From Waterburya sp. (GTDB taxonomy: Bacteria > Cyanobacteriota > Cyanobacteriia > Cyanobacteriales > Xenococcaceae), in contig CBDCJV010000002.1 of the NCBI GenBank assembly GCA_965217895.1, forward strand, positions 1,248,001 through 1,312,000: 64,000 nucleotides of DNA, written 5' to 3'. The stretch's first letter is position 1. The number at the start of each line of letters is the position of its first letter. This document shows, one piece after another, positions 42,681 to 53,301 of the stretch. The translations under genes were made by a program, and so were the position numbers. The notes under the pieces are model-generated. The model saw only the letters and a list, made by a program, of their open reading frames with translations. It had not been told where the DNA came from and did no database searches.

Positions 42681-42766
42681 AATCAGGTGGGCAAAGAAAA
42701 TAGCTTTGTTTGCCATCTTATCAATAATCTTTATATTGCCCACTAAAAGTAAGCAGCAATCAAATT

Positions 42767-43126
42767 ATGTCAAGCAAATTAACAACTCACGTTTTAGATA
42801 CGGCAAATGGTTGTCCTGGTGCGGAAATTGCGATCGCACTTTGGAAACTAGATCTAAAAATAGATTCCAAAACCTTATTGAAAACTGTTAAAACCAATCA
42901 TGATGGACGTACCGACGAACCGCTATTAGCAGGGTCGGAATTGTCAGAGGGAGTATATGAGCTAATTTTCACTGTTGGCAATTATTTTGCTCGCTATGGA
43001 GACTATCCCGCTCCCTCTTTTTTAGATCAAATTCCAATTCGTTTTGGCGTTAGCGATATTGAGGCTCACTACCACGTTCCCTTGCTAGTTTCGCCTTGGT
43101 CTTATAGTACCTATCGAGGAAGCTGA
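42767..43126 (+). CDS. uraH: 5-hydroxyisourate hydrolase
   Basis: LTTHVLD, DGR and YHVPLL.SPWSYSTYRGS. Confidence 0.96.
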   Translation: MSSKLTTHVLDTANGCPGAEIAIALWKLDLKIDSKTLLKTVKTNHDGRTDEPLLAGSELSEGVYELIFTVGNYFARYGDYPAPSFLDQIPIRFGVSDIEAHYHVPLLVSPWSYSTYRGS

Positions 43127-43289
43127 GTATCGATATGTAGATTTATCAAAAAGCTTTAAGCTTTAAGCTCTAGGCTCTAGGCCTTTCAATTGACTGCTTG
43201 CGTAGTCCTAAAGGATACCGCTTCGCATATAGCTTTAAACTGATAGCTTGTGGGTTTAAGACCCCTCCTAACTGGCTTATAGCTTATAA

Positions 43290-43530
43290 GAGAAAGATTA
43301 CAGGCTTTGTATTTGCTCAAGAGTGGACAATGCCAACAGATTAGAGAAATAGCAGAGATCTTGGGAAGAAGCAGAAGTACAATACATCGGTGGCTTCAGA
43401 CCTATAAAGGAGGATTACCTCAATTGATTGGGCGGGCGAGAAAAACCAGGAAGAAAAAGATTGATTCCTAATTCGGCGATCGCCAAGCTTGAAAAACGTT
43501 TACAACAACCAAGAGGCTTTAACAGTTACC
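43290..43530 (+). mobile_element. IS630-like transposase N-terminal remnant (frameshifted)
   Basis: ERLQALYLLKSG..IAEILGRSRSTIHRWLQTYKGG HTH, then PGRKRLIP...LQQPRGFNSY in another frame; no DDE domain. Confidence 0.75.
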
Positions 43531-43650
43531 GTTTTTCGACCGCCAAACATGATTATTATCGAAAAGGTATGAGAGCTAAAACGTTAATCCAGCAATTCTT
43601 TTGATTCTTTCTGTCGCCCCGACAGCTCGCTTGATGAGCTTCAACTGCTG

Positions 43651-44802
43651 TTAGTTATTAGCAGTCAACAACCAAATCCCCATACCCAAGCCTAATAAAT
43701 TAGGTGTCCATGCTGCCCAAAAAGGTGATAAAACACCTGTTATTCCCAATGAACCGAATAAAAATCCCAATGAATAATAAACAAAAACAATAGCAACACA
43801 GATACCAAAACCTTTAGAACGATTAATATACGAATACTTTGCTCCTAAAGTTGAACCAATTAAAGCAAAAACAAAACAAATAAAAGGAAAGGCATATTTT
43901 TGCTGAATAATTACTTTTAATTTGGATATATTTACAATTGTCCCACTATCTTTAATTAGAGCTAAATATTCTTTTGCTTGCTGAATATTCATGTCTTCAA
44001 AGTTACGTTTTTTTTGAGCAATCTCAAAAAAATTGACGGAAAAGGGCAATTGCTTATGAGTAAAACGCTCTGTCCTCATCTCCTCAGCACTATAGCCAAC
44101 TTGATTTATTTCGCCATCAAACAAATCCCAAACTTGCCCAGGCTGATTCCATTGAGCTAATTTAGCTGTAGTAATCTTGCTTATTTTTCCCCGATCAAAG
44201 CTAATTATTGTTACTTTTTTAAAGCTTTGATTGATGTATTGTTCGGCAAAGTAAATGTTTTGTAGCTTTTTAGAGGCGGAATTACGTAGATTTGATTTAT
44301 ATTCTGGATAAAAAACGTCTCTTTTTTGTCGATTTAATTCTGTTTCGGTAATATAAGCAGTCTGTAATAAATTGGCTTGATAGTTAGCAGCAGGAACAAT
44401 CAATTCGTTGAGTAAAAAAGTGACTCCAGTGACTATCAAACTAAATAATAATGCAGGTATGGTGAGGCGATAAAAATTAATGCCAAAGCTAAACAGTGCC
44501 ACCAATTCACTATTGCTACTTAAACGACCATAGATTACTAAGCAAGAGAGCAAGATAGAAATAGGCAAGGCATAGGCAACATACTCAGGTATTTTATCTA
44601 TAAAGATGAGAATAGCGACAGGAATCGGTAAGCCGTATTCAGTAATTTTAGATGCTAAATCGGAAACTGTACCAATCGATACTCCCAAGCAGGATAATAA
44701 GCCAACGCTGAATAAAAAGAATAAGCTCAATTGATTGATGATATAGCAATCTACTAAGGGAAAACGCCACCTAAATATCTTTTTAATGCTGTTAAAATCC
44801 AA
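43651..44802 (-). CDS. LptF/LptG family permease
   Basis: YGRLSSNSELVAL and AAWTPNL; 3 TM + soluble + 3 TM layout. Confidence 0.9.
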   Translation of the reverse strand: MDFNSIKKIFRWRFPLVDCYIINQLSLFFLFSVGLLSCLGVSIGTVSDLASKITEYGLPIPVAILIFIDKIPEYVAYALPISILLSCLVIYGRLSSNSELVALFSFGINFYRLTIPALLFSLIVTGVTFLLNELIVPAANYQANLLQTAYITETELNRQKRDVFYPEYKSNLRNSASKKLQNIYFAEQYINQSFKKVTIISFDRGKISKITTAKLAQWNQPGQVWDLFDGEINQVGYSAEEMRTERFTHKQLPFSVNFFEIAQKKRNFEDMNIQQAKEYLALIKDSGTIVNISKLKVIIQQKYAFPFICFVFALIGSTLGAKYSYINRSKGFGICVAIVFVYYSLGFLFGSLGITGVLSPFWAAWTPNLLGLGMGIWLLTANN

Positions 44803-44926
44803 TTTTATTTACGCATCAATAAATTATTTACCCTAAGTTACATTAAGATAAATGATTTTTAGTCTTATCGCCAATTTCAACCAAAAGTTTATGACAAATT
44901 AATCAAATTCATGTTCGCTATTTTTA

Positions 44927-47900
44927 TCATTTGTCTTGTAATATCAAGCGCATTTTTTCTGCTAATGTTTGAACATTAGGTTCTTGAAGTATTCCTAGAT
45001 GATTACCTGGGACATCAATGATATTTAATCCTCCTTTGGCAAAGTCTTGCCACTCTAGCTTGAGATCCCTATCTTCTGCTGCTCGAAATAATACTGCAGA
45101 ACCTGGATAGGGCTGCATGGTATAGCCTTGATTTACTTTTTGATGCTCTTTTGTCTGTTGAATATATTCAGTCAGAGCAAAATTGCGACTGGTTTTGTCA
45201 ACAAAATTTTCGCGCACCCAATCAATTTTGTATAAGCCGTACCTAATATGATCTGCGGTTGAGTTTATCCGCCATTTTATCCTGTCTAAAATATAGCTTG
45301 CACCTATGGTGCGTATTTTGTTAGCGTGACGATAAATACGAGTTTTTAACGGAAGATTTTGATGAGCCGAGTCGCTGTTAAGACAATGAGAGTCTAACAG
45401 ACCTAAAAACCTGACTTCATGCCCTTGAGATACAAGATGTTGAGCAATTTCAAAAGCAACAACACCACCAAAGGATACGCCCATTAAATAATAAGGACCT
45501 TGAGGCTGAACTTTCTGCATATTATCAGCATAATAGGGTGCTAAATTAGCAATATCTCTAAAATGAGGTTTGTCAGGTTCATCGCTAAAAGATGATGATA
45601 AACCATAAATAGTGATATCTGCATCTAGGTATTTAGCCATAGGACGATAAAACTCTAAGCCATAACCCAAATTATGAATAGCAAATAAAGTTGGCTGAGA
45701 ATTGCCTTGTTTAATTGGCACTAGGCATTTTGGATCTGCATTAGAAACTGGTTCTGGTTGACGAATAATATTCGCTAAAGCTTCAGGAGTTGATGCTTGG
45801 AACATCATAGATATAGGAATCTTCTGTTCATATCTCTGTTCTATTTCCGTGACTAGACGCGCTGCCAGTAAAGAGTTACCGCCTAATTCAATAAAATTGT
45901 CTTCAATACTGATTGATTCAATACCTAAAATTTCTTCTAGCATCTCGATTATTTCTGATTCTAGGCGATCGCGAGGGGCAATAGTTGCCTCAGATAATTT
46001 TCCTACATTAAGCTCAGATAAAGCACGACGATCTACTTTTCCGCTGGTAGTCAAAGGAAAACTATCAACGATGATAAAAGTTCCAGGAATCATGTAGCTT
46101 GGCAACTTTTGCTGTAGATAGTTCCGCAGCATTTCTTCTGTTGGTGGGTTAATTTTGCTGGGTACAATATAAGCAGCTAAGGTTTCTCCTAGTTTATTTT
46201 CGCGCACTACTACCGCAGCTTCTACTACTAATTCAGATTGGGATAGTACTGCTTCAATTTCTCCTAATTCAATGCGTAATCCTTGAATGTTAACTTGACG
46301 ATCTACCCGACCTAAAAACTGTAGCGTACCGTCAGACAAATAACGTCCCAAATCTCCCGTTTTATATAAACGTTCCCCTTTTACATAAGGATTATCGACA
46401 AATTTTTCTGCCGTTAATTCGGGTCGATTAAGATAGCCCATAGCAACTCCATCTCCACTAATGTGAATTTCTGCTGCTACTCCAATCTGGACTGGCTGTA
46501 AATCTTCATCTAATAAATACACTCTCATGTTGGGAATTGGACTACCTACAGGCAGCGACTTAAAATGATGATCTATTTGCTCAGGAATTTTATATAAGGT
46601 TACAACCCCAGTCCCTTCTGTCTGACCATAGATATTAGCTAATTGAACATCGGGTTTAAAAGTCTCCCGCCAGCACTGATATATTTCTGGAGTTACCTGT
46701 TCTCCTCCTGCTGCTACAAGACGTACCTGATTATCTAATAAGTTCTGACGATAATCTCGATCTTGCTGATTGAGAATGCCCCAAAAATTCCGCCAGAAAG
46801 AGGGAACATGATCGACAATAGTTACACCGTGACGCTTAATTATTTCAAAAAATTCGAGGGGGTTTCTTGTTTCTTCGGTTGTAACAATCAATGCAGTCGC
46901 TCCCTGTGCCAAAGGCATTAATAACTGTCTAGCTGAAACTATCAAAGCAATTGAACCACGATGGAGATAAGTATCTGCCGAGGTTACATCTAAAGCTAAC
47001 TGCATTGATTGGGCATAATGACTCAAGTTGCCGTGACTCAGCATTACCCCTTTGGGTTTGCCTGTCGAACCAGAAGTGTAGACAATATGCGCCAAATCCG
47101 AAAGATTTACTTTTTGCTCTAAATTGTCTGGGGGCTGCTGAGTAATCGAATGCCAATCTGTATCTATACAAATAGTCTGCTCAATTTCGGTAGGAATTTT
47201 CTTTAGTAAGCTTGCTTGAGTCAGTAATGTTTTGATCTCGGCATCTTCTAAGATAAAGGCTATTCGGGCAGGAGGATTATTAATATCTAAGGGAACATAA
47301 GCTGCCCCTGCTTTGAGAATGGCTAATACAGCAACTACCATAGATAGAGAACGTTCTATACATAACCCAACCAAAGAACCTTTACTAACTCCCAAAGATT
47401 GCAGATAATGAGCTAGCTGATTGGCTTGAGTATTTAATTCGCTATAGGTTAACTGTTGTCCTTGGCAAATTATGGCTACTACACCAGGGCGGTTCTGAAC
47501 TTGAGCCTCAAACAACTTATGAATACACTCTGGTAGAGACTGTGTTTGCGTCTGATTCCATTCATCTAAAACCTGTTTTGTTTCAGTAGCTGATAGTAAA
47601 GTTAGAGAATCAACTGAACTATAAGAATTATGAGCAATTGACTTGAGTAATACCTCATAGTTATCACAGATACGCCGAATAGTTGATTCATCAAACAAAC
47701 GACGATTGTATTCAAACCTACAGAGCAAATGATTTGGTTTTTCAATAATGTCCAAAAGTAATTCTTGCTCTGGTATTGCCTTGGTTAATTTAGTTTCTGG
47801 GGTTCTAAATACGCTGTTAAATCTAAACAACATCTGAAATAAAGAAGACACAGAAAATTCTGATAAGTCTTGATTTAACGCTGAAGCTATGGCTGCTGTG

Positions 47901-48367
47901 CTTGTGTTTGAATAGTTACTCCCTTCTGTAACTTGAGTCTGAATAATTTTTAGTAATGCGCTGAACTGTTGTTTGGCTGCAATTGTTACTCGAATTGGCA
48001 ATATTTCCAGCTTTGCTGTAGAGTCTTCTAGATTCGAGTTAGGATATCCAACTAAAACGTCCGATTGATTTGTATAGCGGTAGAGTAAAACTTGGAAAGC
48101 GGCCAGCAAAACAATTGGCAAAGAAACATTTTCTTGTTGAGCAATTTTTGTTAAGTCTCGATTTAATCCTTGGTCAACCGTTAACAAATTTTGCCCGATA
48201 GCACTTGGTCGAAGATTAATTTGAGCTTCTGGGCTAGACGATACTGACCTTACTCTGTCTGTCGGAAAATCTAGTATAGGAGCAATGTTTTTAAGTTGCT
48301 TGCGCCAATAGTCAATGTCTGAGGATCGTTCGTTGGCGGAAAAACTTTTTTGGTACTTCATGAGCAA
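44927..48367 (-). CDS. Stand-alone NRPS-like protein (partial C-A-PCP-TE)
   Basis: YWRKQL..FPTD and FQVLLYRY partial C; YTSGSTGKPKG, YGQTE, YKTGD and GKVDR A domain; LGGNSL PCP; GVSFGG..PGNH TE. Confidence 0.93.
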   Translation of the reverse strand: MLMKYQKSFSANERSSDIDYWRKQLKNIAPILDFPTDRVRSVSSSPEAQINLRPSAIGQNLLTVDQGLNRDLTKIAQQENVSLPIVLLAAFQVLLYRYTNQSDVLVGYPNSNLEDSTAKLEILPIRVTIAAKQQFSALLKIIQTQVTEGSNYSNTSTAAIASALNQDLSEFSVSSLFQMLFRFNSVFRTPETKLTKAIPEQELLLDIIEKPNHLLCRFEYNRRLFDESTIRRICDNYEVLLKSIAHNSYSSVDSLTLLSATETKQVLDEWNQTQTQSLPECIHKLFEAQVQNRPGVVAIICQGQQLTYSELNTQANQLAHYLQSLGVSKGSLVGLCIERSLSMVVAVLAILKAGAAYVPLDINNPPARIAFILEDAEIKTLLTQASLLKKIPTEIEQTICIDTDWHSITQQPPDNLEQKVNLSDLAHIVYTSGSTGKPKGVMLSHGNLSHYAQSMQLALDVTSADTYLHRGSIALIVSARQLLMPLAQGATALIVTTEETRNPLEFFEIIKRHGVTIVDHVPSFWRNFWGILNQQDRDYRQNLLDNQVRLVAAGGEQVTPEIYQCWRETFKPDVQLANIYGQTEGTGVVTLYKIPEQIDHHFKSLPVGSPIPNMRVYLLDEDLQPVQIGVAAEIHISGDGVAMGYLNRPELTAEKFVDNPYVKGERLYKTGDLGRYLSDGTLQFLGRVDRQVNIQGLRIELGEIEAVLSQSELVVEAAVVVRENKLGETLAAYIVPSKINPPTEEMLRNYLQQKLPSYMIPGTFIIVDSFPLTTSGKVDRRALSELNVGKLSEATIAPRDRLESEIIEMLEEILGIESISIEDNFIELGGNSLLAARLVTEIEQRYEQKIPISMMFQASTPEALANIIRQPEPVSNADPKCLVPIKQGNSQPTLFAIHNLGYGLEFYRPMAKYLDADITIYGLSSSFSDEPDKPHFRDIANLAPYYADNMQKVQPQGPYYLMGVSFGGVVAFEIAQHLVSQGHEVRFLGLLDSHCLNSDSAHQNLPLKTRIYRHANKIRTIGASYILDRIKWRINSTADHIRYGLYKIDWVRENFVDKTSRNFALTEYIQQTKEHQKVNQGYTMQPYPGSAVLFRAAEDRDLKLEWQDFAKGGLNIIDVPGNHLGILQEPNVQTLAEKMRLILQDK

Positions 48368-48792
48368 TATAGCTGCTTTTAATTAGCCTAGTAACAGTTG
48401 TTTGGTATTATTACTTAATGTTATCGTCTTGCTAAGTAATTCAATTTTTGATTATTTTAACTACTTCTGATTAATAGCTAATTTAAAAATAAACCATAAC
48501 CTTGCCGAAAGTTAGAAATAAAACACAGATTTACTTTAAAACTGCTTGCTAATTTTAACTATTGATGAATTTTTGCACGCTTTGGAAAAATATTAGAAAA
48601 TATAGAAACTTATATATCCGAAAAAGAATATTTGAAATGAATTGACTATTAATTGTTGTTTCAATTTCGCGTTGGCGATCGCATTTCTCTAGGTAAAATA
48701 TTGATAATGGCGATCGTTATTCTTTTCTAAACTGCCTTTGATAAAAGTTATTGAAATATACCTATCTCATAACAATTTCTGGATGTTAAAAT

Positions 48793-50022
48793 ATGATCTT
48801 CACGGTAAAAGAAGCTGAATCCGTTGATTTAAGCCAAATTCGTTCTGAAATACGCAACTTGCAGCTAAATTTAGTTGAGTGGCGACGTAGCCTACACCAA
48901 AAACCAGAATTAGCTTTCCAAGAACAGATTACGGCAAAATTCATTCAAGAAAAACTTCAGTCGTGGAATATTCCCCATGAAATAGGTATTGCCAAAACTG
49001 GTATTGTCGCCACTATTATCAGTAATTTTCCTGGCAAAGTCTTGGCTATTCGTGCTGATATGGATGCTTTACCAATTCAAGAAGCAAACGAGGTTTCTTA
49101 TAGATCGCAACATGAAGGCAAGATGCACGCTTGCGGACATGATGGACATACGGCGATCGCTCTTGGTACAGCTTACTATCTCTCGAACCATAAAGATAGC
49201 TGGCAGGGGACGGTGAAAATTATCTTCCAACCCGCCGAAGAAGGTCCAGGGGGGGCAAAACCGATGATTGAAGCGGGAGTGTTACACAATCCTGAAGTGG
49301 ATGCAATTATCGGCTTACATCTGTGGAATAATTTACCTTTAGGCACTATAGGAGTTCGTAGCGGTGCATTAATGGCAGCCGTAGAGTGTTTTCGGGTGTC
49401 GATTTTAGGTAAAGGTGGTCATGGGGCAATGCCCGATCAAACCGTAGACTCAATTGTGGTTGCTAGTCAAATTGTTAATGCTTTGCAAACCATTGTTTCC
49501 CGTAACGTCAAGCCTTTAGACGCTGCGGTAGTAACCGTAGGCGAGTTACACGCAGGTACGGCATTGAACGTGATTGCAGATACCGCAAGAATGAGTGGCA
49601 CGATTCGCTATTTTAATCCTGAATTAGAAGCTCTGATTAGTAAAAGACTAGAAGCTATCATTGCTGGTATTTGTCAAATGCACGGCGCAAACTATGAACT
49701 AAACCACTGGCAGCTATATCCACCTACAGTTAACGATAGTGCGATCGCCGAATTAGTACGCTCAGTGGCGGCAGAAGTAGTAGAAACCCCGATGGGAGTT
49801 GTGCCAGAGTGCCAAACTATGGGAGGAGAAGATATGTCTTTCTTTTTACAGGAAGTGCCTGGATGCTATTTCTTTTTGGGTTCAGCCAATCCCGATAAGG
49901 GTTTAGCCTATCCCCATCATCATCCTCGCTTTGACTTTGATGAAACAGCTTTGGGAATGGGTGTGGAGATATTTGTCCGCTGTGTAGAGAAGTTTTTAAA
50001 CGGTGATTATTGCAATTCGTAA
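48793..50022 (+). CDS. M20D family amidohydrolase
   Basis: RADMDALP, MHACGHDGH, FQPAEEG, GGEDM and HHHPRF. Confidence 0.93.
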   Translation: MIFTVKEAESVDLSQIRSEIRNLQLNLVEWRRSLHQKPELAFQEQITAKFIQEKLQSWNIPHEIGIAKTGIVATIISNFPGKVLAIRADMDALPIQEANEVSYRSQHEGKMHACGHDGHTAIALGTAYYLSNHKDSWQGTVKIIFQPAEEGPGGAKPMIEAGVLHNPEVDAIIGLHLWNNLPLGTIGVRSGALMAAVECFRVSILGKGGHGAMPDQTVDSIVVASQIVNALQTIVSRNVKPLDAAVVTVGELHAGTALNVIADTARMSGTIRYFNPELEALISKRLEAIIAGICQMHGANYELNHWQLYPPTVNDSAIAELVRSVAAEVVETPMGVVPECQTMGGEDMSFFLQEVPGCYFFLGSANPDKGLAYPHHHPRFDFDETALGMGVEIFVRCVEKFLNGDYCNS

Positions 50023-50053
50023 AAGTAATTAGAAACTTGGTTGTAAGTAAAAA

Positions 50054-50105
50054 GCGGTGCGACCCCGCGTCGCCGTCAGGCGCAAGGGAACGCGCACCAA
50101 GACAG
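50054..50105. repeat. Small dispersed repeat copy
   Basis: Reverse complement TTCCCTTGCGCCTGACGGCGACGCGGGGTC matches 42496-42521. Confidence 0.85.
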
Positions 50106-50327
50106 TAAAAAATAAACAATAATAAGGTTTTTGCCAGACTATTTATATTATCGCAGTACGTTAATCGGTTAGGACAGAAAATTTAATTGCTCGTAAGTAG
50201 TAAGTAATACTAAATCCTGTTGGCGTAGATTACTTATACTGTTTGGTAGTAGGTAGTATAATTCTGACTACAAACCACAGACTACGAACTACAAACTTTA
50301 AAGAACTACAGACTACGAACTACAAAC

Positions 50328-51326
50328 TTAATTTTTTGGCAATTCATTTGATTCAAATCCTGGAAGCGTTTGATTTGCTTTACAGTATTGCCCCAACCAA
50401 GTTATACCGTTTAGGGAACGAAAGGGAACTATAAACAAATCTGTTTTTGGTATTTCCAAATTTACTTTAACTCCAGAAACTCCAATGCCAAAAAGCTGAA
50501 GCAATGGCGATAAATTCTTTGCTTCTACACCGAGTTGACAAAAACCATCAAGCAATGCTTGCTGATTTTTCAAAGGTTCAATAGCTTCTGCCTGGACTGC
50601 TCTAATAGTGGTCTGAACCTCTGGCGGTTCTTTAGCAATTGTTGCTTCGGTTTCCTGGGGATTCAATCCTAATCCCGCAGCTAATTCTACAGTTTCATAG
50701 AACATAGGCAGAACAAATTGCTCTACCAAACCAACTACTCCCTGAATTATAGAAACAAACTGACCAGCCTGTAACCGAATAGTAATTTTTCCATTAGCAT
50801 TAGACACTTCCACTAAACCCGCAGGACTATCAGTCAAAACTCCGATCAAAGAAGCATTGACCTGAGAATCATGCTGGACAAATAAGGCTGTTCCCTGGGA
50901 AACTACTTTAGCTTGAGGAGTATTAATAGTGCTTTGTCCCTGTTCTGGACGGATCATGACCAGCGCAGCACCACTAGTCAATTCAAAATTACGTTTACCT
51001 TGAGGAAAGCGAAAGGTAGTTCCTGCACCTGTCCTTACTAACGTACCTTCGTTAAATAAGATATCAGCACGGGAGTTGGCACCAGTACGTACAGAATCTC
51101 TGGGTACAATTAGATCACCAATTTTAGCCTGATTCCAGTTTGGTTTATCTTGATAATTTACGTCTACTTGATTACGTATTTTATAAATTTCCGCTTGCTT
51201 GACTACTGTGCTTGCAGAAGTTGTACTAGAAAAAAAATAAGCTATACACAAGCTGAAGATTAGAGTGAAGCATAAGCTAACCAGGAATTTTGATTTTTTG
51301 CTAAAAAACTGCTGCATAAAAAACAA
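50328..51326 (-). CDS. FecR-domain secreted protein
   Basis: Signal/TM, VRTGANSRADILFNEGT and INTPQA..GT. Confidence 0.8.
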   Translation of the reverse strand: MFFMQQFFSKKSKFLVSLCFTLIFSLCIAYFFSSTTSASTVVKQAEIYKIRNQVDVNYQDKPNWNQAKIGDLIVPRDSVRTGANSRADILFNEGTLVRTGAGTTFRFPQGKRNFELTSGAALVMIRPEQGQSTINTPQAKVVSQGTALFVQHDSQVNASLIGVLTDSPAGLVEVSNANGKITIRLQAGQFVSIIQGVVGLVEQFVLPMFYETVELAAGLGLNPQETEATIAKEPPEVQTTIRAVQAEAIEPLKNQQALLDGFCQLGVEAKNLSPLLQLFGIGVSGVKVNLEIPKTDLFIVPFRSLNGITWLGQYCKANQTLPGFESNELPKN

Positions 51327-51423
51327 AAGCAGACGTATTCAAAAAATGAGGTGACGCAAACTCAATACTGATTTATCTGAAAGGATGAAGGATGAGGAAA
51401 AATTCTTAGTCCTCAATTTACTT

Positions 51424-51792
51424 TTAATTAGCTAACTTAGAAATGGTTTGAGCCATGTCAAAATCTTTTTGGGTTAGTCCTCCTGCATCATGGGAAGTAA
51501 GAGAAACTGTTACTTTGTTATAGGAAATTTCTAAGTCGGGATGATGTTGTGCTGCTTCTGCTGGTTTGACTAGTTTATTGACAAAATCGATCGCCTGGAC
51601 AAAGTTTTTAAATTTAAAGGTGCGAGTGATGGTTTGGTCTTGTTGCTGCCATTGGGGTAAGGTTTGAATTTTCTGGTCAATTTCAGTTTGATTTAAAGGC
51701 ATAGTCTTGGCGGTAAGAGATTGAGGAGAAATTAAGGCGATCGCCATTACCAAAAAGATTCTCGGTAACGATCGTTTTAAGGTTATAAACAT
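51424..51792 (-). CDS. Pterin-4-alpha-carbinolamine dehydratase
   Basis: FKNF, AE..QHHPDL and SHDAGGLT.KD. Confidence 0.92.
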   Translation of the reverse strand: MFITLKRSLPRIFLVMAIALISPQSLTAKTMPLNQTEIDQKIQTLPQWQQQDQTITRTFKFKNFVQAIDFVNKLVKPAEAAQHHPDLEISYNKVTVSLTSHDAGGLTQKDFDMAQTISKLAN

Positions 51793-51812
51793 TACTTTAC
51801 TTTGATTGCTAT

Positions 51813-52739
51813 TTAAACGGTTTGACTCACTTCTGAATGATGGTTTTGGTTTTGGTCTATAGGAGACATTAGAGCATGGAAAGGCTGATGCAGACTAATC
51901 AACTGCGCTAAAGTCTTTTTTATTTGAGTGCGAGGCACAATTGAATCAACAAAACCATGTTCTAATAAATATTCAGAAGTCTGAAACCCATCGGGAAGCT
52001 TTTCTCTTAAAGTTTGTTCAATGACTCGTTTTCCTGCAAAACCAATTCGTGCTTTAGGCTCGGCGAGAATAATATCCCCTAACATGGCAAAGCTAGCGGT
52101 TACACCACCGTAAGTAGGATCGCTTAGTATGGGAATGTAGAGTAATTTCGCCGTTTGATGGCGTTGTAAAGCTCCAGAAATCTTTGCCATTTGCATTAGG
52201 CTAAACATCCCTTCCTGCATTCTTGCTCCCCCAGAAGCGCAAATAATTACTACGGGAAATCCTTCGGCAGTAGCGTGTTCGATCAGACGACATAGCTTTT
52301 CTCCTACCACTGAACCTAAAGTGCCAGCCATGAAGCGAAAATCCATCACTCCCAAAGCTAAAGGCAAACCATCAATTAGTCCTGTTCCCGTCTTTACAGC
52401 CTCTGTTAGACCTGTTTTGGATTGATCGTCTTTCAATCTGGTGGAATAATCTTTGCGATCGCGAAATATTAGAGGATCGATTGGTCTAATATTTTCGTTT
52501 AAAGGTTTCCAGGTATTAGCATCGATCAATTGCTTGATCCTTTCGTCACTATCAACTCGATTGTGATAATCGCATTCAGGACAAACTAATTGATTAGCCT
52601 GTAAATCTTTTGTATATGCTACAGAACTACAAGCAGCACATTTTGTCCACAATCCATCAGCAATTTCTCTCTCTTGCTGCTTTTGCATCGGGGGGTCGAT
52701 TTTTCTGAGGTTGGCAAACCAATCAAATAAAGAAGACAT
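51813..52739 (-). CDS. accD: Acetyl-CoA carboxylase carboxyltransferase beta
   Basis: GLWTKC Zn finger, SGGARMQEG and [11 protein letters not shown]. Confidence 0.98.
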   Translation of the reverse strand: MSSLFDWFANLRKIDPPMQKQQEREIADGLWTKCAACSSVAYTKDLQANQLVCPECDYHNRVDSDERIKQLIDANTWKPLNENIRPIDPLIFRDRKDYSTRLKDDQSKTGLTEAVKTGTGLIDGLPLALGVMDFRFMAGTLGSVVGEKLCRLIEHATAEGFPVVIICASGGARMQEGMFSLMQMAKISGALQRHQTAKLLYIPILSDPTYGGVTASFAMLGDIILAEPKARIGFAGKRVIEQTLREKLPDGFQTSEYLLEHGFVDSIVPRTQIKKTLAQLISLHQPFHALMSPIDQNQNHHSEVSQTV

Positions 52740-52762
52740 AATTTAAGTTTTTTTATAAAGTT

Positions 52763-52978
52763 TCAGCTTTCTGGATTATCTTCTGGAGGACTTAAAAGCA
52801 ATAAAGCTGTCCACTGATCTTTAGATCTTACCTGTAATGCTGCTTGACTTCCCTCTCCAAAATAAATACCCGCGCCAATATTAAGGACGCGACTAGGAAT
52901 ATCATAAGCAGTCAATATTTGCTGCATCAACTCTGCCTCCCAGCGAGCTTTAGTCGTCTTTAGTGTAATCCAAGACAC
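52763..52978 (-). CDS. Small conserved protein (DUF2007-like)
   Basis: RWEAELMQQIL and ALLLLSP. Confidence 0.7.
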   Translation of the reverse strand: MSWITLKTTKARWEAELMQQILTAYDIPSRVLNIGAGIYFGEGSQAALQVRSKDQWTALLLLSPPEDNPES

Positions 52979-53184
52979 CGATCTATACTATTTTTTTTGA
53001 CTACTATTACTATAGTGTCTATTTATATACATTTTGTTTCGCGAGGTGACAAGAAACTCCAAGAGTAGACAAGCAGTTGGATGTAGCAGCGAAATGCTAA
53101 GAAAAAAAGGGTCAAGCTAATTCCTGCTGCGATCGCCATTCAGACAATTTTGATAATTAAAGGTTAAAGGTAATTATACAAAAA

Positions 53185-53295
53185 GCGATGTCTAAAGCGC
53201 GGGTGTGAAATATGCCTTTTAATTCAGAACATCGAGAAGCATTCCCTTCGGGGTCTTCTCTCATATCCGTGCAGCAAAGACCGCGCTGAATCGCT
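53185..53295. repeat. Small dispersed repeat copy (empty form)
   Basis: CATCGAGAAGCATTCCCTT-CGGGGTCTTCTCTCAT (53230-53264) equals the flanks of 42484-42591 without the inserts. Confidence 0.85.
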
Positions 53296-53301
53296 TAGCA
53301 G

